DNA from: an uncultured delta proteobacterium
GTDB lineage: Bacteria > Desulfobacterota > Desulfobacteria > Desulfobacterales > B30-G6
Assembly (NCBI GenBank): GCA_963823335.1
Contig: CAWGLD010000004.1
Coordinates: forward strand, 416,001 to 480,000
DNA length: 64,000 bases
Reading direction: 5' to 3'
Positions 17,982-27,812 of the stretch are shown here, in pieces (positions within the stretch are counted from its first letter, which is position 1; every line of letters begins with the position of its first letter). The position numbers and the translations under genes are program-made. The notes under the pieces were generated by a model. The model did no database searches. It was not told the origin of the DNA and was given only the letters and a program-made list of their open reading frames with translations.

Positions 17982-18806
17982 ATGCTGTACCCCGACAAAG
18001 CTTACGGGCAACAGGCGCATGGCCGTACCCGTGTACCCGTTATCTTGCGGGTCCTGTTGCTCGCCGTTTTTCTGGGTGTCTCGGGTCTGCCGGATCCGGT
18101 AGCTGCTGAAACAACGATTCTGAAAAAGCTCCGTGTGGGTGACCATGGCGCCTATACCCGGGTTGTGTTTGAATTCTCGGCGCCGGTTCAATATCAGCTT
18201 TCCGAAACCGATTCCACTTCCATCGTTTCCATACGGTTCCTGGATACAGCATCTCAGCTGACGGGCACACCCGTGCCGGACGCACCGGACTGTATCGACG
18301 CTGTATCGACGTTACAGGATGGAAGCGACACCATTGCCAACATCTCATTCGCCCCAAAAGGGTTCAAACTAAATCCGTTCACGGTCCAGGGCCCGGACAG
18401 GATGGTGTTGGATGTGTTTTGTGAAGCAGTACCGGTGGCACCCGTCGCGCTGACCGAGCCCCGGGATATGGCACCATCACCAATTGCTGTCGCAGAACCC
18501 GCTATGGAAAAGCCGGTGTCAACACCTCCATCGATCAAACAAGCACAACCGCCTGAAAAAGGGGACCTGATTGCCAAAAAACAGGAACCCTCTTCCAAAA
18601 GGGATAATTCCCAGAAATATCTGCTCCTGATTCTGGCGGCAATTACAGGCATTATCGTTCTCTTGATCGCACTGATCATTTTTCAAAAAAGAGGCCTTGC
18701 TGAAAGCCATTTGGCCAGGGACCCCGATACAACAAGGGAGACCGATGACAGGATGCATGCTATCGACACAAAAATCAAAGAAGAGCTTATGAAATATGAC
18801 CAATAA
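17982..18806 (+). CDS. Exported AMIN-like domain protein with Pro-rich linker and C-terminal membrane anchor
   Basis: Signal peptide; LRVGDHGAYTRVVFEF...FTVQGPDRMVLDV resembles AMIN; Pro-rich linker; TM helix YLLLILAAITGIIVLLIALIIF. Confidence 0.7.
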   Translation: MLYPDKAYGQQAHGRTRVPVILRVLLLAVFLGVSGLPDPVAAETTILKKLRVGDHGAYTRVVFEFSAPVQYQLSETDSTSIVSIRFLDTASQLTGTPVPDAPDCIDAVSTLQDGSDTIANISFAPKGFKLNPFTVQGPDRMVLDVFCEAVPVAPVALTEPRDMAPSPIAVAEPAMEKPVSTPPSIKQAQPPEKGDLIAKKQEPSSKRDNSQKYLLLILAAITGIIVLLIALIIFQKRGLAESHLARDPDTTRETDDRMHAIDTKIKEELMKYDQ

Positions 18807-19080
18807 AAACGCAAAAGAAATCGATTTCAGTCTTTCGGATGAAGAAAAAGACGATCTCGATCAGATGATACATGATTTTAATCGAGAGCGAAGCACGCTT
18901 CTGGAAAATCCGAACCCGGAAGATCAGCTGAAAGTCATCAAAGATCGATTCGACCAGCTCGGAGATGTCATTCTTAAAATAAATGATCGGGTCGATTCGT
19001 TGTATGAGATCGTGCGGCTCATGCATCAAAAAAGCGAAATACTCAATGCCCGGATCGATGAAATAAGGGATGCCCTGTAG
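18796..19080 (+). CDS. Small acidic coiled-coil hypothetical protein
   Basis: 94-aa ORF overlapping the upstream gene; heptad pattern in the C-terminal half. Confidence 0.7.
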   Translation: MTNKNAKEIDFSLSDEEKDDLDQMIHDFNRERSTLLENPNPEDQLKVIKDRFDQLGDVILKINDRVDSLYEIVRLMHQKSEILNARIDEIRDAL

Positions 19081-19141
19081 ATACAATCGCAATACAAAGC
19101 ATTTTTGAGATGGGTTCTAAACAACACGTGGGGAGTCAACA

Positions 19142-20305
19142 TTGAATAGCCAAAATGAGAGCCAGAAAAACACCATTCAGAGGATTGTCGAAGGATCCCT
19201 GCGGCTGTCCACAGCAGAAGAATTTGAAAAGCTGATTGAGCAGTTCGATGACAACGCAGACATCCACAGGGAATACGCGGATTTTCTCGCCCAGAAAAAA
19301 GAGACCGATGCTGCCTATCAGGAATACAACAGGACAGCCGATCTTTTCATTCAAGCCAACAAAGCCCTTCAGGCAATCGTTGCCAGGATCCGGGCATGGA
19401 GCATTGTCAAGCCCAATCATGAGCAAGGGCGATCCTTCCATGCAGCCATTCGGAAAACAGCTCCGGGTGAATCACCTCTGCAAACATTTTTTGCCGAAAT
19501 GTCCTACCCCGAATTTATCGGCATCATGTTGAGAATGATTCGTGTCCGATTCCCGGCCGATCAGTTCGTCATCAAGTATGGCGATCCCGGTAACGACATC
19601 TACTTTATCGTTTCGGGTACGATCGAAGAGAGAACACATATACCTGCGAACAAACGGGGCGCATTGTCCAGTACCTCCATCAAGTTTCTATCCGATAATG
19701 ATATTTTTGGCGAAGTCTTTCCCCTGGAACAGTTCAATGTTTCCAAATCGGATATCAAGACCCTCACGGCTGTGGAACTCGTTAAAATAAAAAAACCGAT
19801 TCTGACGGATATCCTTAAAAAACATAAAGGCATCGAGAAACTTCTCGAAAATCTTTACAAAGGCCCCTCCGGAGACGCCAAAGGAAGAGCCTGGACAAGT
19901 GTCAGACGTTCCGTCAGACATGAAATCCCCATTAAGATCAATCTGAAAATATTTCTGTCGGACAATAAAACCGGACTCGATTCGGTGGGGTATACTAGGG
20001 ACATATCACTGGGAGGCGCCTGCATCGAATTAACAGAAAAGCACTGGGGAGCTAAACAGGAAACGGTGATAGATTCGGACGCGATGTTACACATCTATCT
20101 ACCCAATGTCGACGAAACCCTCGAAATTATGGGAACCGTTCTCTGGATTAGAAAAGATACGCAAGGAGACAAGGACCTGTCGCTCATCGGTATTCAGTTT
20201 AAAACATTGTCTGATGCCGACAGAGACTTTCTGAATGAATACTGTTTCGGGAGCGATGGAGAGCAAAATCTGATTTGGGACTTGTGGGAAACATATGTTA
20301 AATAA
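19142..20305 (+). CDS. TPR-like/cNMP-binding/PilZ domain protein (paralogue 1)
   Basis: VIKYGDPGNDIYFIVSG...DIFGE (cNMP fold); RRSVRH and DISLGG (PilZ RxxxR, DxSxxG); TTG start after GGGAG. Confidence 0.82.
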   Translation: MNSQNESQKNTIQRIVEGSLRLSTAEEFEKLIEQFDDNADIHREYADFLAQKKETDAAYQEYNRTADLFIQANKALQAIVARIRAWSIVKPNHEQGRSFHAAIRKTAPGESPLQTFFAEMSYPEFIGIMLRMIRVRFPADQFVIKYGDPGNDIYFIVSGTIEERTHIPANKRGALSSTSIKFLSDNDIFGEVFPLEQFNVSKSDIKTLTAVELVKIKKPILTDILKKHKGIEKLLENLYKGPSGDAKGRAWTSVRRSVRHEIPIKINLKIFLSDNKTGLDSVGYTRDISLGGACIELTEKHWGAKQETVIDSDAMLHIYLPNVDETLEIMGTVLWIRKDTQGDKDLSLIGIQFKTLSDADRDFLNEYCFGSDGEQNLIWDLWETYVK

Positions 20306-20356
20306 AATCGTTGCACGATTTTATAGAACGCGACGTTGTCGCTCTACAGCGAAAGG

Positions 20357-21286
20357 ATGACTGTGAAAGAAGCGAACAATCTCAATCAAAAACCGGGCCC
20401 GACAATTTGGGCTGTCGGTGGTGGCAAGGGAGGCGTGGGAAAGAGTGTCATCAGCACGCTGCTTGGTTTCTGGCTCTCTCAGATGGGCAAACGGACTGTC
20501 CTGATCGATGTCGATTTTGGCGGGGCGAATCTCCACACCATGCTGGGGATAAAGAGCCCACCAAAAACCATCAATGACTTCATCACCAAGAAATATGATC
20601 GGCTTGAGGATATCTGCATCGAAACGGGTATCAAGAACCTGCGATTGTTGAGTGGTGCCAGTGAAATTCTGTCTTTGGCCAATCTCCAGTTCGCCCAGAA
20701 AATAAAAATCATGCAAAGTATTTCGCAACTGGACACCGAATTCGCCATACTCGATTTAGGTTCGGGCACATCTTACAATGTTCTCGATTTTTTTCTTATG
20801 GCCCACAGGAAGATCGTTGTGTTGACACCTCAGCCAATTTCTATTCAGAATGCCTATGCCTTTGTCAGAAATGCTGTGTATCGCAAATTGAGCAGGTTAA
20901 GCAGCCAGAAACCAGCCCTTCTTGCTACGATTAAAACGGCGATGGATCCTAAAAACGAGATGAATGTCCGGACCGTGAAGGATCTTCTCAATGCCGTAAA
21001 GGAAAACAACAGCGAAGAAGATATGAATCTGCTCAGCCAGGAGATCACTGAAATCCGTCCGGCCCTGGTGACCAACATGACAAAAAGCCCCAGAGACAAG
21101 GAGGCCGGACGGATCATTCAACTCGTTTCACAAAAGTATCTGATGATTCACCCAACAATTTTAGGAAGTATCATGCGCGACAATCAGATAGACAATATGA
21201 TATCCGGTATGTCTCCCCTGACCACCATCGACCGATCCTGCGAAGCCATTGCAGGGGTGTACAATATCGTCACCGACCTGATATAG
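20357..21286 (+). CDS. MinD/FlhG/ParA-family ATPase
   Basis: GGGKGGVGKS deviant Walker A, IDVDFGGANLH, ILDLGSG. Confidence 0.88.
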   Translation: MTVKEANNLNQKPGPTIWAVGGGKGGVGKSVISTLLGFWLSQMGKRTVLIDVDFGGANLHTMLGIKSPPKTINDFITKKYDRLEDICIETGIKNLRLLSGASEILSLANLQFAQKIKIMQSISQLDTEFAILDLGSGTSYNVLDFFLMAHRKIVVLTPQPISIQNAYAFVRNAVYRKLSRLSSQKPALLATIKTAMDPKNEMNVRTVKDLLNAVKENNSEEDMNLLSQEITEIRPALVTNMTKSPRDKEAGRIIQLVSQKYLMIHPTILGSIMRDNQIDNMISGMSPLTTIDRSCEAIAGVYNIVTDLI

Positions 21287-21299
21287 GGAAAAAACTTTT

Positions 21300-22463
21300 T
21301 TGGAATTTCAAACTGTAGATAAACGAAGCATTTTGAACAGACTCGCTGACGGATCATTGAGTCTTACATCCGAAAAGGAGTATCAGGATCTGATGTCTCT
21401 TTTTCCAGACAAGGGTGAAATTTCCAGAACTTATGGCGATTTTCTGTCAGAGCGAGAAAAAAAGAACGAAGCTTTCCGAAATTATACCCATGCCGCCCGG
21501 CTTTTCCTGGGTGAAGGTAAGACATGTCAGGCCATTGTCTCAAAAATACTGGCCTGGCGTATTTTCAAACCCACCCATGCAGAAGGCCGTGCTTTTCATT
21601 CAGCACTACAGACCAGTATCAAAGAGGAGTCTCCTCTCTGCCATCTTTTTACCAACATTGACTACCAGGAGCTCATCGCCCTCATGCTGAGACTGGTAAG
21701 AGTGCAGTTCCCTGCCGGCCAGACAATCATCCGTAGCGGCCAGACCTGTGGGGATATTTTCTTTGTCGTTTCAGGTACACTCGAGGAAAAAGTCGCCCAG
21801 CCGGTCAGCGCAAAGGAAAACAGATCGGAACCATTGACGCAGCAACTTTTCGACAATGATATTTTCGGTGATATTTTCCCTATTCACAAAAATACGACAT
21901 CCCTATCGGATATCAACACACTCACTCCGGTAGAAGTGGTCAAGATCGGCAAAGCCGCCCTGGTTGAAGCCTGTCAAAAGTATCCCCGTCTGCAACAACT
22001 CTTGATAAAGCTGTACAAAGGCCCTCCCAGCAGGAAATATGGGCGATCATGGCCAAGCGTCCGCCGTTCAACCCGGCATGACAACCCGGTTCGTGCTACG
22101 GTAATGCTGGCCCTGCGCAAGGGAGACGCTACCCGGATCGCTTTCGAAGGCATGAGTCGGGACATCTCGTTGGGTGGTGCCTGTATTGACCTGGGGCTGA
22201 AATATGGTTCCCTGCGCACGGAAACCCTGGCCAATACCAAGTCGATCGTGGAAATCAAGCTGCCTTCCGGCGAGGGCATTTCCATTCCGGGCTGGATAGC
22301 CTGGAGCAAAAAAATAGAAGAGCCCGGCGGCACCAGCATCATCGCCGGCATCAAATTTGAACCATTATCCAACGAGGCACGGGATTTTCTGAAAGTCTAT
22401 TGTTTTGGATATGAAAGTGAAGAGAGTTTGATGTGGGGGTTGTGGGAAGACTACCTCTCCTGA
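21300..22463 (+). CDS. TPR-like/cNMP-binding/PilZ domain protein (paralogue 2)
   Basis: Same length (387 aa) and colinear with 19142; DIFFVVSG, DIFGD, RRSTRH, DISLGGACI. Confidence 0.82.
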   Translation: MEFQTVDKRSILNRLADGSLSLTSEKEYQDLMSLFPDKGEISRTYGDFLSEREKKNEAFRNYTHAARLFLGEGKTCQAIVSKILAWRIFKPTHAEGRAFHSALQTSIKEESPLCHLFTNIDYQELIALMLRLVRVQFPAGQTIIRSGQTCGDIFFVVSGTLEEKVAQPVSAKENRSEPLTQQLFDNDIFGDIFPIHKNTTSLSDINTLTPVEVVKIGKAALVEACQKYPRLQQLLIKLYKGPPSRKYGRSWPSVRRSTRHDNPVRATVMLALRKGDATRIAFEGMSRDISLGGACIDLGLKYGSLRTETLANTKSIVEIKLPSGEGISIPGWIAWSKKIEEPGGTSIIAGIKFEPLSNEARDFLKVYCFGYESEESLMWGLWEDYLS

Positions 22464-22574
22464 GTTTTAAGGGGCGATCTTACCCCATCCGCGGCGTTGC
22501 GAACCATTCGCAGTAGCGAACTACAGCTTCATGGCCCGGCGCCTTGCGGATGAGGCAACCTCGCCCCTTAAAAC
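22464..22574 (+). repeat. Long hairpin element (covarying-core family)
   Basis: Perfect 14-bp termini GTTTTAAGGGGCGA/TCGCCCCTTAAAAC; GGCGTTG...TCGC-AGTAG-cgaa-CTACA-GCTTC...CGCCTTG. Confidence 0.8.
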
Positions 22575-22717
22575 ATTGAAGAACCTCGCAGCAAGCTACG
22601 AGGAATCTTCGACCGTAAGGAAGGCTGTCTAATCTAGATTCGCTCGCTAACCCCGCAGCATGCGAAGCACTGCCGAACGGCAGAACCTACGGGGAATGCG
22701 CTCGCTTTTTCGGTTCA
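22575..22717 (+). repeat. REP/MITE-like element, also present at 58155 and 58726
   Basis: TTGAAGAACCTCGCAGCA...GCACTGCCGAACGGCAGAACCTACG..GAATGCGCTCGCT...CGGTTCA shared with 58155-58231. Confidence 0.8.
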
Positions 22718-22752
22718 GGTTGTAGGGTAATGCTTCGGAAAATGGAGGGTGA

Positions 22753-22879
22753 AACCCAACCATTTTACAAATCTGATCGGTTCTGGCACAAGGCATTTCA
22801 GCCTGAAGCCATAGTGTTCTATTGCGATGGCTGAATAACGCGGTGCCTGGGCCGATCAGGCTTGTAAAATGGTTGGGTT
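22753..22879 (-). repeat. Long hairpin element (covarying-core family)
   Basis: Perfect 18-bp termini AACCCAACCATTTTACAA; minus strand reads GCGTT...TCGC-AATAG-aaca-CTATG-GCTTC...GCCTTG. Confidence 0.8.
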
Positions 22880-23234
22880 AGTCGATGGGTAGGGTATCCT
22901 TGAATGTCTCGAAGCAGTTGCGAATGGATTCCTTTGTGTCAGGCATGAGACTTATATATTTACATCCGATGCCCCTTTTTCCCTGGCTGATCAGTTGGGC
23001 TTTGAAACGAATCGTGCTTTCTTCCGTTGGTAACATCATACTCACATCCACCAGGGTACCGAGTTTCAGCTTTTTGTTGGTAACCAGCTCGAAAAAGAAA
23101 CCTCCCAGGCTGATATCGGTCACCTTTACCACCTGATGAATTCCCCGGATAGTGGCTTTGCAGTGAAAAACAAGTCTCGGATGCTCCCGCCGCTCCAAGC
23201 CGCCGTTAGCATGGTTATTTTGAATATCGACCAT
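22878..23234 (-). CDS. Stand-alone PilZ domain protein
   Basis: ERREHPR and TDISLGG motifs; ATG 23234 after GAGGA. Confidence 0.88.
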   Translation of the reverse strand: MVDIQNNHANGGLERREHPRLVFHCKATIRGIHQVVKVTDISLGGFFFELVTNKKLKLGTLVDVSMMLPTEESTIRFKAQLISQGKRGIGCKYISLMPDTKESIRNCFETFKDTLPID

Positions 23235-23381
23235 ACCGATATGTATCCTCAATAAGAAATCGTTAAACGATTTTTGTGAAACGCCACGTTGTCGCTATTT
23301 GTACCTAATCTGAGTTCTCAAGTCAATACGGCAATCAAATTTCCAAAGACAATACGTTTGCTTTCGAGGTTCCCCGGCACA

Positions 23382-25496
23382 CTATCTGGCGGAATTTTCC
23401 GGCGTTATTTTTATGGCATTCAATACCAGCGTGATGGGTCGATCCTCCTCACTTTTACCTGCAAAGCGGATGGGGCCCGAACGCCGGTAGTCATCTTCTG
23501 TTGGACCGGCTGCAAGCCACTTCTCCCTGGATGCTTTGGCAGTCTGAAAGGCAGTCGACTGGATATCCACGACGCTCTTTTCGATTACGAGAGCCAGTTT
23601 GCCTTTGCGTTCCTCCAAGTGCATCAGCGGCGCAATGGGAATGCCGATGGGTTCCCATTCTGCAAAATCCTTCTCCAGGTTCTTGATACCTGCCATCTGG
23701 CCGGTACTTCCGTTGGCAATCAGGCTGAAAACAGTCAATCCCAGATTATAGGTGTAATTGCAATCAAACCGGGTAGGGTCGTTTCCCCGCCCGTCATAAC
23801 CGTAAAAATGGGCCTGGGTCTGGAATTTCGGAACCGATTTCTGGTATATTTTTTCTACGGGTGCGGGAATATCATCGGATTCCTTGACCAGACCCGCTTG
23901 CAGAAGCACCTGCTTGAGGGTTTTAATACTGATAATCGATTTCTCCACCATCAGAAACTTGTCGGCCGGGTAATTCCTGAAAATCGCCTTACCATAACGG
24001 TCTGGATCCAACCCGCCCTTGGCCATGCTTTTGCGGTACAAATCCTGGTGGATACCCACTTTGTAAGCCCCCTCTTCTTTCAGGATATTGAGGTAGTCCT
24101 TCACCAGGCCCATGACCACCTTGTCTGTCTCCACCTGCGAAAATTGGAAGTTTCCATGACTGTCCCGTTCCATCAAAAGACCCTCCTGGAAAAATTCCGG
24201 AATGTCATTGAACAGGTCGTCGTCCCTTCGATTCCACACGGCAGTGCCGCCCTCTTCTTCGGAACGACGCGCCAGACGTCTCAAAAATTCCAGTTTGTCT
24301 TCCAGAGCCGGATAAGCGCTATGAAAATCTGAATCGTGGGTCTGGTTGTAGTCTGCGATGATCGTGTTCAGTTTTATGATAAAAACCTGTATCTCGTTTA
24401 CAAACTCCAGAATACCTTCAGGTATCACGATAACACCGTAGTTCTTGCCGAAAGCGGCCCGCCGGACAATGCCGTCGCATATCACCCGGGAAAGGTGTCT
24501 GAGGGTCATGCCATAGGCATGGTAGTCTGTTTCCCCACTCTTTTCAGCTGCCTGTATTCGCTGATTATCTGTATAATCAGCCAGTTCTTCGCCGATGAGC
24601 GTTATGTTGGCGTGCGTCTGCAGGGCGACCTCGAGCGCTAGATGACTGGCTACCCGTCCCATGACCTTGCAGATGTGCCAGTATTTTACATCCGAACTGC
24701 TGTCGGTGCAAAGGTTGGCTACCGAGTTGGCAAAGGCCCTTGCCGCCGTATGAAAACCAAAGGACATGGCACACAGAACGTGCCCCTGGACGTCTTTGAC
24801 CTGAATATCACCGTCAATGGTTTTCGGAACCCCGATGACCTGAATATTGGCCTCAAACATCTCCTGGGCCAAAAACGCTGCATTGGTGTTTGAGTCGTCG
24901 CCCCCGACCACCACCAGGGCGCTCAGGTTCAACGCCTGGCATGTCTCTTTGGAAAGCGCCATCTTTTTGGGCGTGTCGATCTTTGTGCGACCAGTCTTGA
25001 TCATGGTGAACCCGCCCAGATTTCGATATTGGTTCACAAGATCGTCATCTATCTCGATGACATCATTTTCCACGATGCCTTCCGGCCCCAGCAGAAAACC
25101 GTAAACACTGTTTTCCGGATTCGCTTTTTTTGCTGCATCGTAAACCCCTGCAATGACATTATGACCACCCGGGGCAGGGCCACCGGAGAAGACAATACCG
25201 ATATTGCGCTGCTTGCTGTAAGATGCCGCAAGTGCTTTGTCTGGCTTGTTTTCGCCCACAACCTTCTGTACCACATTGCCGATGATGGCTGGCAGGCTTT
25301 TCTGGGCTTCCCTGTCGACATCGAATCGGTATGTGTCCTGGGAAATCAGTCGGGTGTATGGCTGCTGAAAAACCTTGCAAACAAGTGGTTTGTGGGCTCG
25401 CCGTTCGATCATTTCCTGGCTGTCACGACCGATAGCCTTTCTTATCTCCGGTTTATCCATCAGTTCGTCAACTGAAACGCCTTGTGAATCCTGCAT
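23382..25496 (-). CDS. pfp: Pyrophosphate-dependent 6-phosphofructokinase (long form)
   Basis: SGGPAPGG, GGDDSNT and PKTIDGD (PPi-type residues), MGR; ATG 25496 after GGAGG. Confidence 0.88.
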   Translation of the reverse strand: MQDSQGVSVDELMDKPEIRKAIGRDSQEMIERRAHKPLVCKVFQQPYTRLISQDTYRFDVDREAQKSLPAIIGNVVQKVVGENKPDKALAASYSKQRNIGIVFSGGPAPGGHNVIAGVYDAAKKANPENSVYGFLLGPEGIVENDVIEIDDDLVNQYRNLGGFTMIKTGRTKIDTPKKMALSKETCQALNLSALVVVGGDDSNTNAAFLAQEMFEANIQVIGVPKTIDGDIQVKDVQGHVLCAMSFGFHTAARAFANSVANLCTDSSSDVKYWHICKVMGRVASHLALEVALQTHANITLIGEELADYTDNQRIQAAEKSGETDYHAYGMTLRHLSRVICDGIVRRAAFGKNYGVIVIPEGILEFVNEIQVFIIKLNTIIADYNQTHDSDFHSAYPALEDKLEFLRRLARRSEEEGGTAVWNRRDDDLFNDIPEFFQEGLLMERDSHGNFQFSQVETDKVVMGLVKDYLNILKEEGAYKVGIHQDLYRKSMAKGGLDPDRYGKAIFRNYPADKFLMVEKSIISIKTLKQVLLQAGLVKESDDIPAPVEKIYQKSVPKFQTQAHFYGYDGRGNDPTRFDCNYTYNLGLTVFSLIANGSTGQMAGIKNLEKDFAEWEPIGIPIAPLMHLEERKGKLALVIEKSVVDIQSTAFQTAKASREKWLAAGPTEDDYRRSGPIRFAGKSEEDRPITLVLNAIKITPENSAR

Positions 25497-25828
25497 ACAT
25501 AACCTCCATTTTTCAATCTGGTTCATGGATAATTTGGTATTACGTATTTATGAGATGCAACTTCGTCACGCTAAAAAGGATCTCACTGATGGCTGATATT
25601 TGACGGCAGCCACGCAGAAACCATTACCGGTATTACGGAATGGGATAGTATCCGTTGAGAAGGGTTCCTGTCAAGGTGTTCATGCCAATCGTTTTAACAA
25701 AGAATCCTTTACTTTATCTATCGAATAATATATTTATTATTTTTACGCTGTTTCATTCTATTTTGGAGAAAACGCCTTGTGTGCGTTTAGTGGTATTGGA
25801 TAAAATACAAACAAAAGGGAGGCTAACA

Positions 25829-26656
25829 ATGAAAAAGGGTTTATTGTTCGGATTGGCTGTATTTCTGTTCGCAGGGATCTTTTTCTCAACAACAGCCATA
25901 GGCGCCGATATTGAACTGGCAAAAAAATCTCATATTGAAAAAATTCTTGAGAGAGGGGAGCTGAGGGTCGGTTTCGAATCCGGCTATGTGCCCTTTGAAA
26001 TGACGGATAAAAAAGGCAACTTTATCGGGTTTGACATGGACTTCGGCAGAAGACTTGCCAAATCCATGGGTGTAAAATTCGTACCCGTCAACACCGCATG
26101 GGACGGTATCATCCCCGCCCTCATGACCGATAAGTTCGATATTATTATGGGCGGCATGACCATTACCCAGGAAAGAAATCTCAAGATTCTTTTTGCGGAT
26201 CCTTACATTGTCGTGGGACAATCCATTCTGCTGAACAAAAAACATGAAGGAAAAGTTCTGTCCTACAAAGACCTCAATGATCCCAAGTTTATCCTGACAT
26301 CCAGGATGGGGACCACCGGTGAACAGGCCATAAAAAAACATATCCCCAACGCCACCTACAAAGGCTTTGAATCCGAAGCAGAGGCCGGTCTGGAAGTTAT
26401 CAACGGCAAGGCCGATGCCCTGGTCTACGATCTGCCCTTCTGTGGCTTCCTCTATGGCAGTCAAGGCAAAGGAAAAACCGTTTTCCTGAACGAGCCGTTC
26501 ACCTATGAGCCGCTGGCATGGGCCATCAACAAAGGCGATCCGGACTTTCTCAACTATCTGAACAATTTCCTGCGGCAATCCAAAGGCGATGGATTCTATG
26601 AACAAGTCTACAACAAGTGGATTATCGGTTCCGACTGGAAAAAAGAGCTCGAGTAA
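25829..26656 (+). CDS. Polar amino-acid ABC transporter substrate-binding protein
   Basis: Signal peptide; YVPFE, GFDMD, WDGIIPAL, MTITQER; RBS GGGAGG. Confidence 0.92.
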   Translation: MKKGLLFGLAVFLFAGIFFSTTAIGADIELAKKSHIEKILERGELRVGFESGYVPFEMTDKKGNFIGFDMDFGRRLAKSMGVKFVPVNTAWDGIIPALMTDKFDIIMGGMTITQERNLKILFADPYIVVGQSILLNKKHEGKVLSYKDLNDPKFILTSRMGTTGEQAIKKHIPNATYKGFESEAEAGLEVINGKADALVYDLPFCGFLYGSQGKGKTVFLNEPFTYEPLAWAINKGDPDFLNYLNNFLRQSKGDGFYEQVYNKWIIGSDWKKELE

Positions 26657-26688
26657 TCACCGAACCGTCAAAAATATCGACTAGCAGT

Positions 26689-26732
26689 AAACAGGCTGGC
26701 TATCTTCTTCCAATGGGTGGCTGGCCTGTTTT
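26689..26732 (+). terminator. Intercistronic hairpin after the binding-protein gene (partial terminator or mRNA stabiliser)
   Basis: AAACAGGC/GCCTGTTT stem extended by G-U pairs on the + strand. Confidence 0.55.
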
Positions 26733-26801
26733 ATAATTACCCCAATCAAATTAAAGCCGCCCTGCAAATTGGGACAGCTTATAGGTTTTAGAAAAGAAGC
26801 C

Positions 26802-27812
26802 ATGAACACACCCGGGAAAAATCAACTGACATTGAGACCCGCTTCCTACAATATGTGGGTGGGCGTCTTCGTCGTGTTTTTACTAATTGTGGCCGGCCTT
26901 TTTTATTATGCGACCCAGAAAATCGAATATGTCTGGCGCTGGAACCGCATGCCTATTTATTTCGCCTACAAAGACAAGGTTGAGACCAATTCCGAAATTG
27001 CAGGTGAAGTCGACAAGATTGTCAGCAACGGCAAGCAATCCATCGTGACGGTTAAAGGCGAAACGGAAACCGTTTCATACACGGTCCCCACTACAGGCTT
27101 AACGGTTGTCGAGGGGGAGATCATCTCTCTCCGAGACAATATCGGCTCACATGAAACATGGAAGCCTGGCCTGCTGCTGATCGGTCTGTGGCTGACGCTG
27201 AAGCTGAGCATCATGGCGACGATTTTTGGTGTTCTTATCGGTGTGGCAGGGGGCCTGGCAAGAATTTCATCCAATCCGGCCTTTAAATGGACAACCATCG
27301 TCTATGTCGAAATTATACGCGGGTCACCGTTGATGGTACAGATTCTCATCTGGTATTTTGTCCTCGGAACGGTTATCAACGATCTCCTTGCCACGTATGG
27401 CATGGGACGGATTTCTGCCTTCTGGTACGGTGTTGCTTCCCTGGCCTGCTTTGCCGGTGCCTATGTGACGGAAATTGTCAGGGCCGGTATACAATCCATT
27501 CATCGCGGCCAGACCGAAGCGGCCAGATCCCTGGGTATGAGCTATGCCCAGTGTCTGCGATACATAATTTTACCCCAGGCGCTCCGACGTATTCTGCCGC
27601 CCCTGGCGGGGCAATTTATCAGCCTCATCAAAGACTCGTCACTTTTAGGTATTATTGCCATTCGTGAATTGACCAAAGCAGGCAGAGAGGCTGTCTCAGC
27701 CAGTCTGCAGCCGTTTGAAATCTATCTGGTTGTAGCGGTGCTGTATCTGGTTTTGACCTTTTCCCTTTCCATGTTCGTTCAACACCTTGAGAGAAGGAGT
27801 GCCGTAAAGTGA
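26802..27812 (+). CDS. Polar amino-acid ABC transporter permease
   Basis: [37 protein letters not shown]. Confidence 0.93.
   Translation: MNTPGKNQLTLRPASYNMWVGVFVVFLLIVAGLFYYATQKIEYVWRWNRMPIYFAYKDKVETNSEIAGEVDKIVSNGKQSIVTVKGETETVSYTVPTTGLTVVEGEIISLRDNIGSHETWKPGLLLIGLWLTLKLSIMATIFGVLIGVAGGLARISSNPAFKWTTIVYVEIIRGSPLMVQILIWYFVLGTVINDLLATYGMGRISAFWYGVASLACFAGAYVTEIVRAGIQSIHRGQTEAARSLGMSYAQCLRYIILPQALRRILPPLAGQFISLIKDSSLLGIIAIRELTKAGREAVSASLQPFEIYLVVAVLYLVLTFSLSMFVQHLERRSAVK

Noticed and set aside
23289-24332. 347-aa antisense ORF over pfp (likewise 4152-4970, 11816-12640, 30447-31388, 44598-45338)
   Set aside because: Antisense shadows of well-supported genes; no domain signatures
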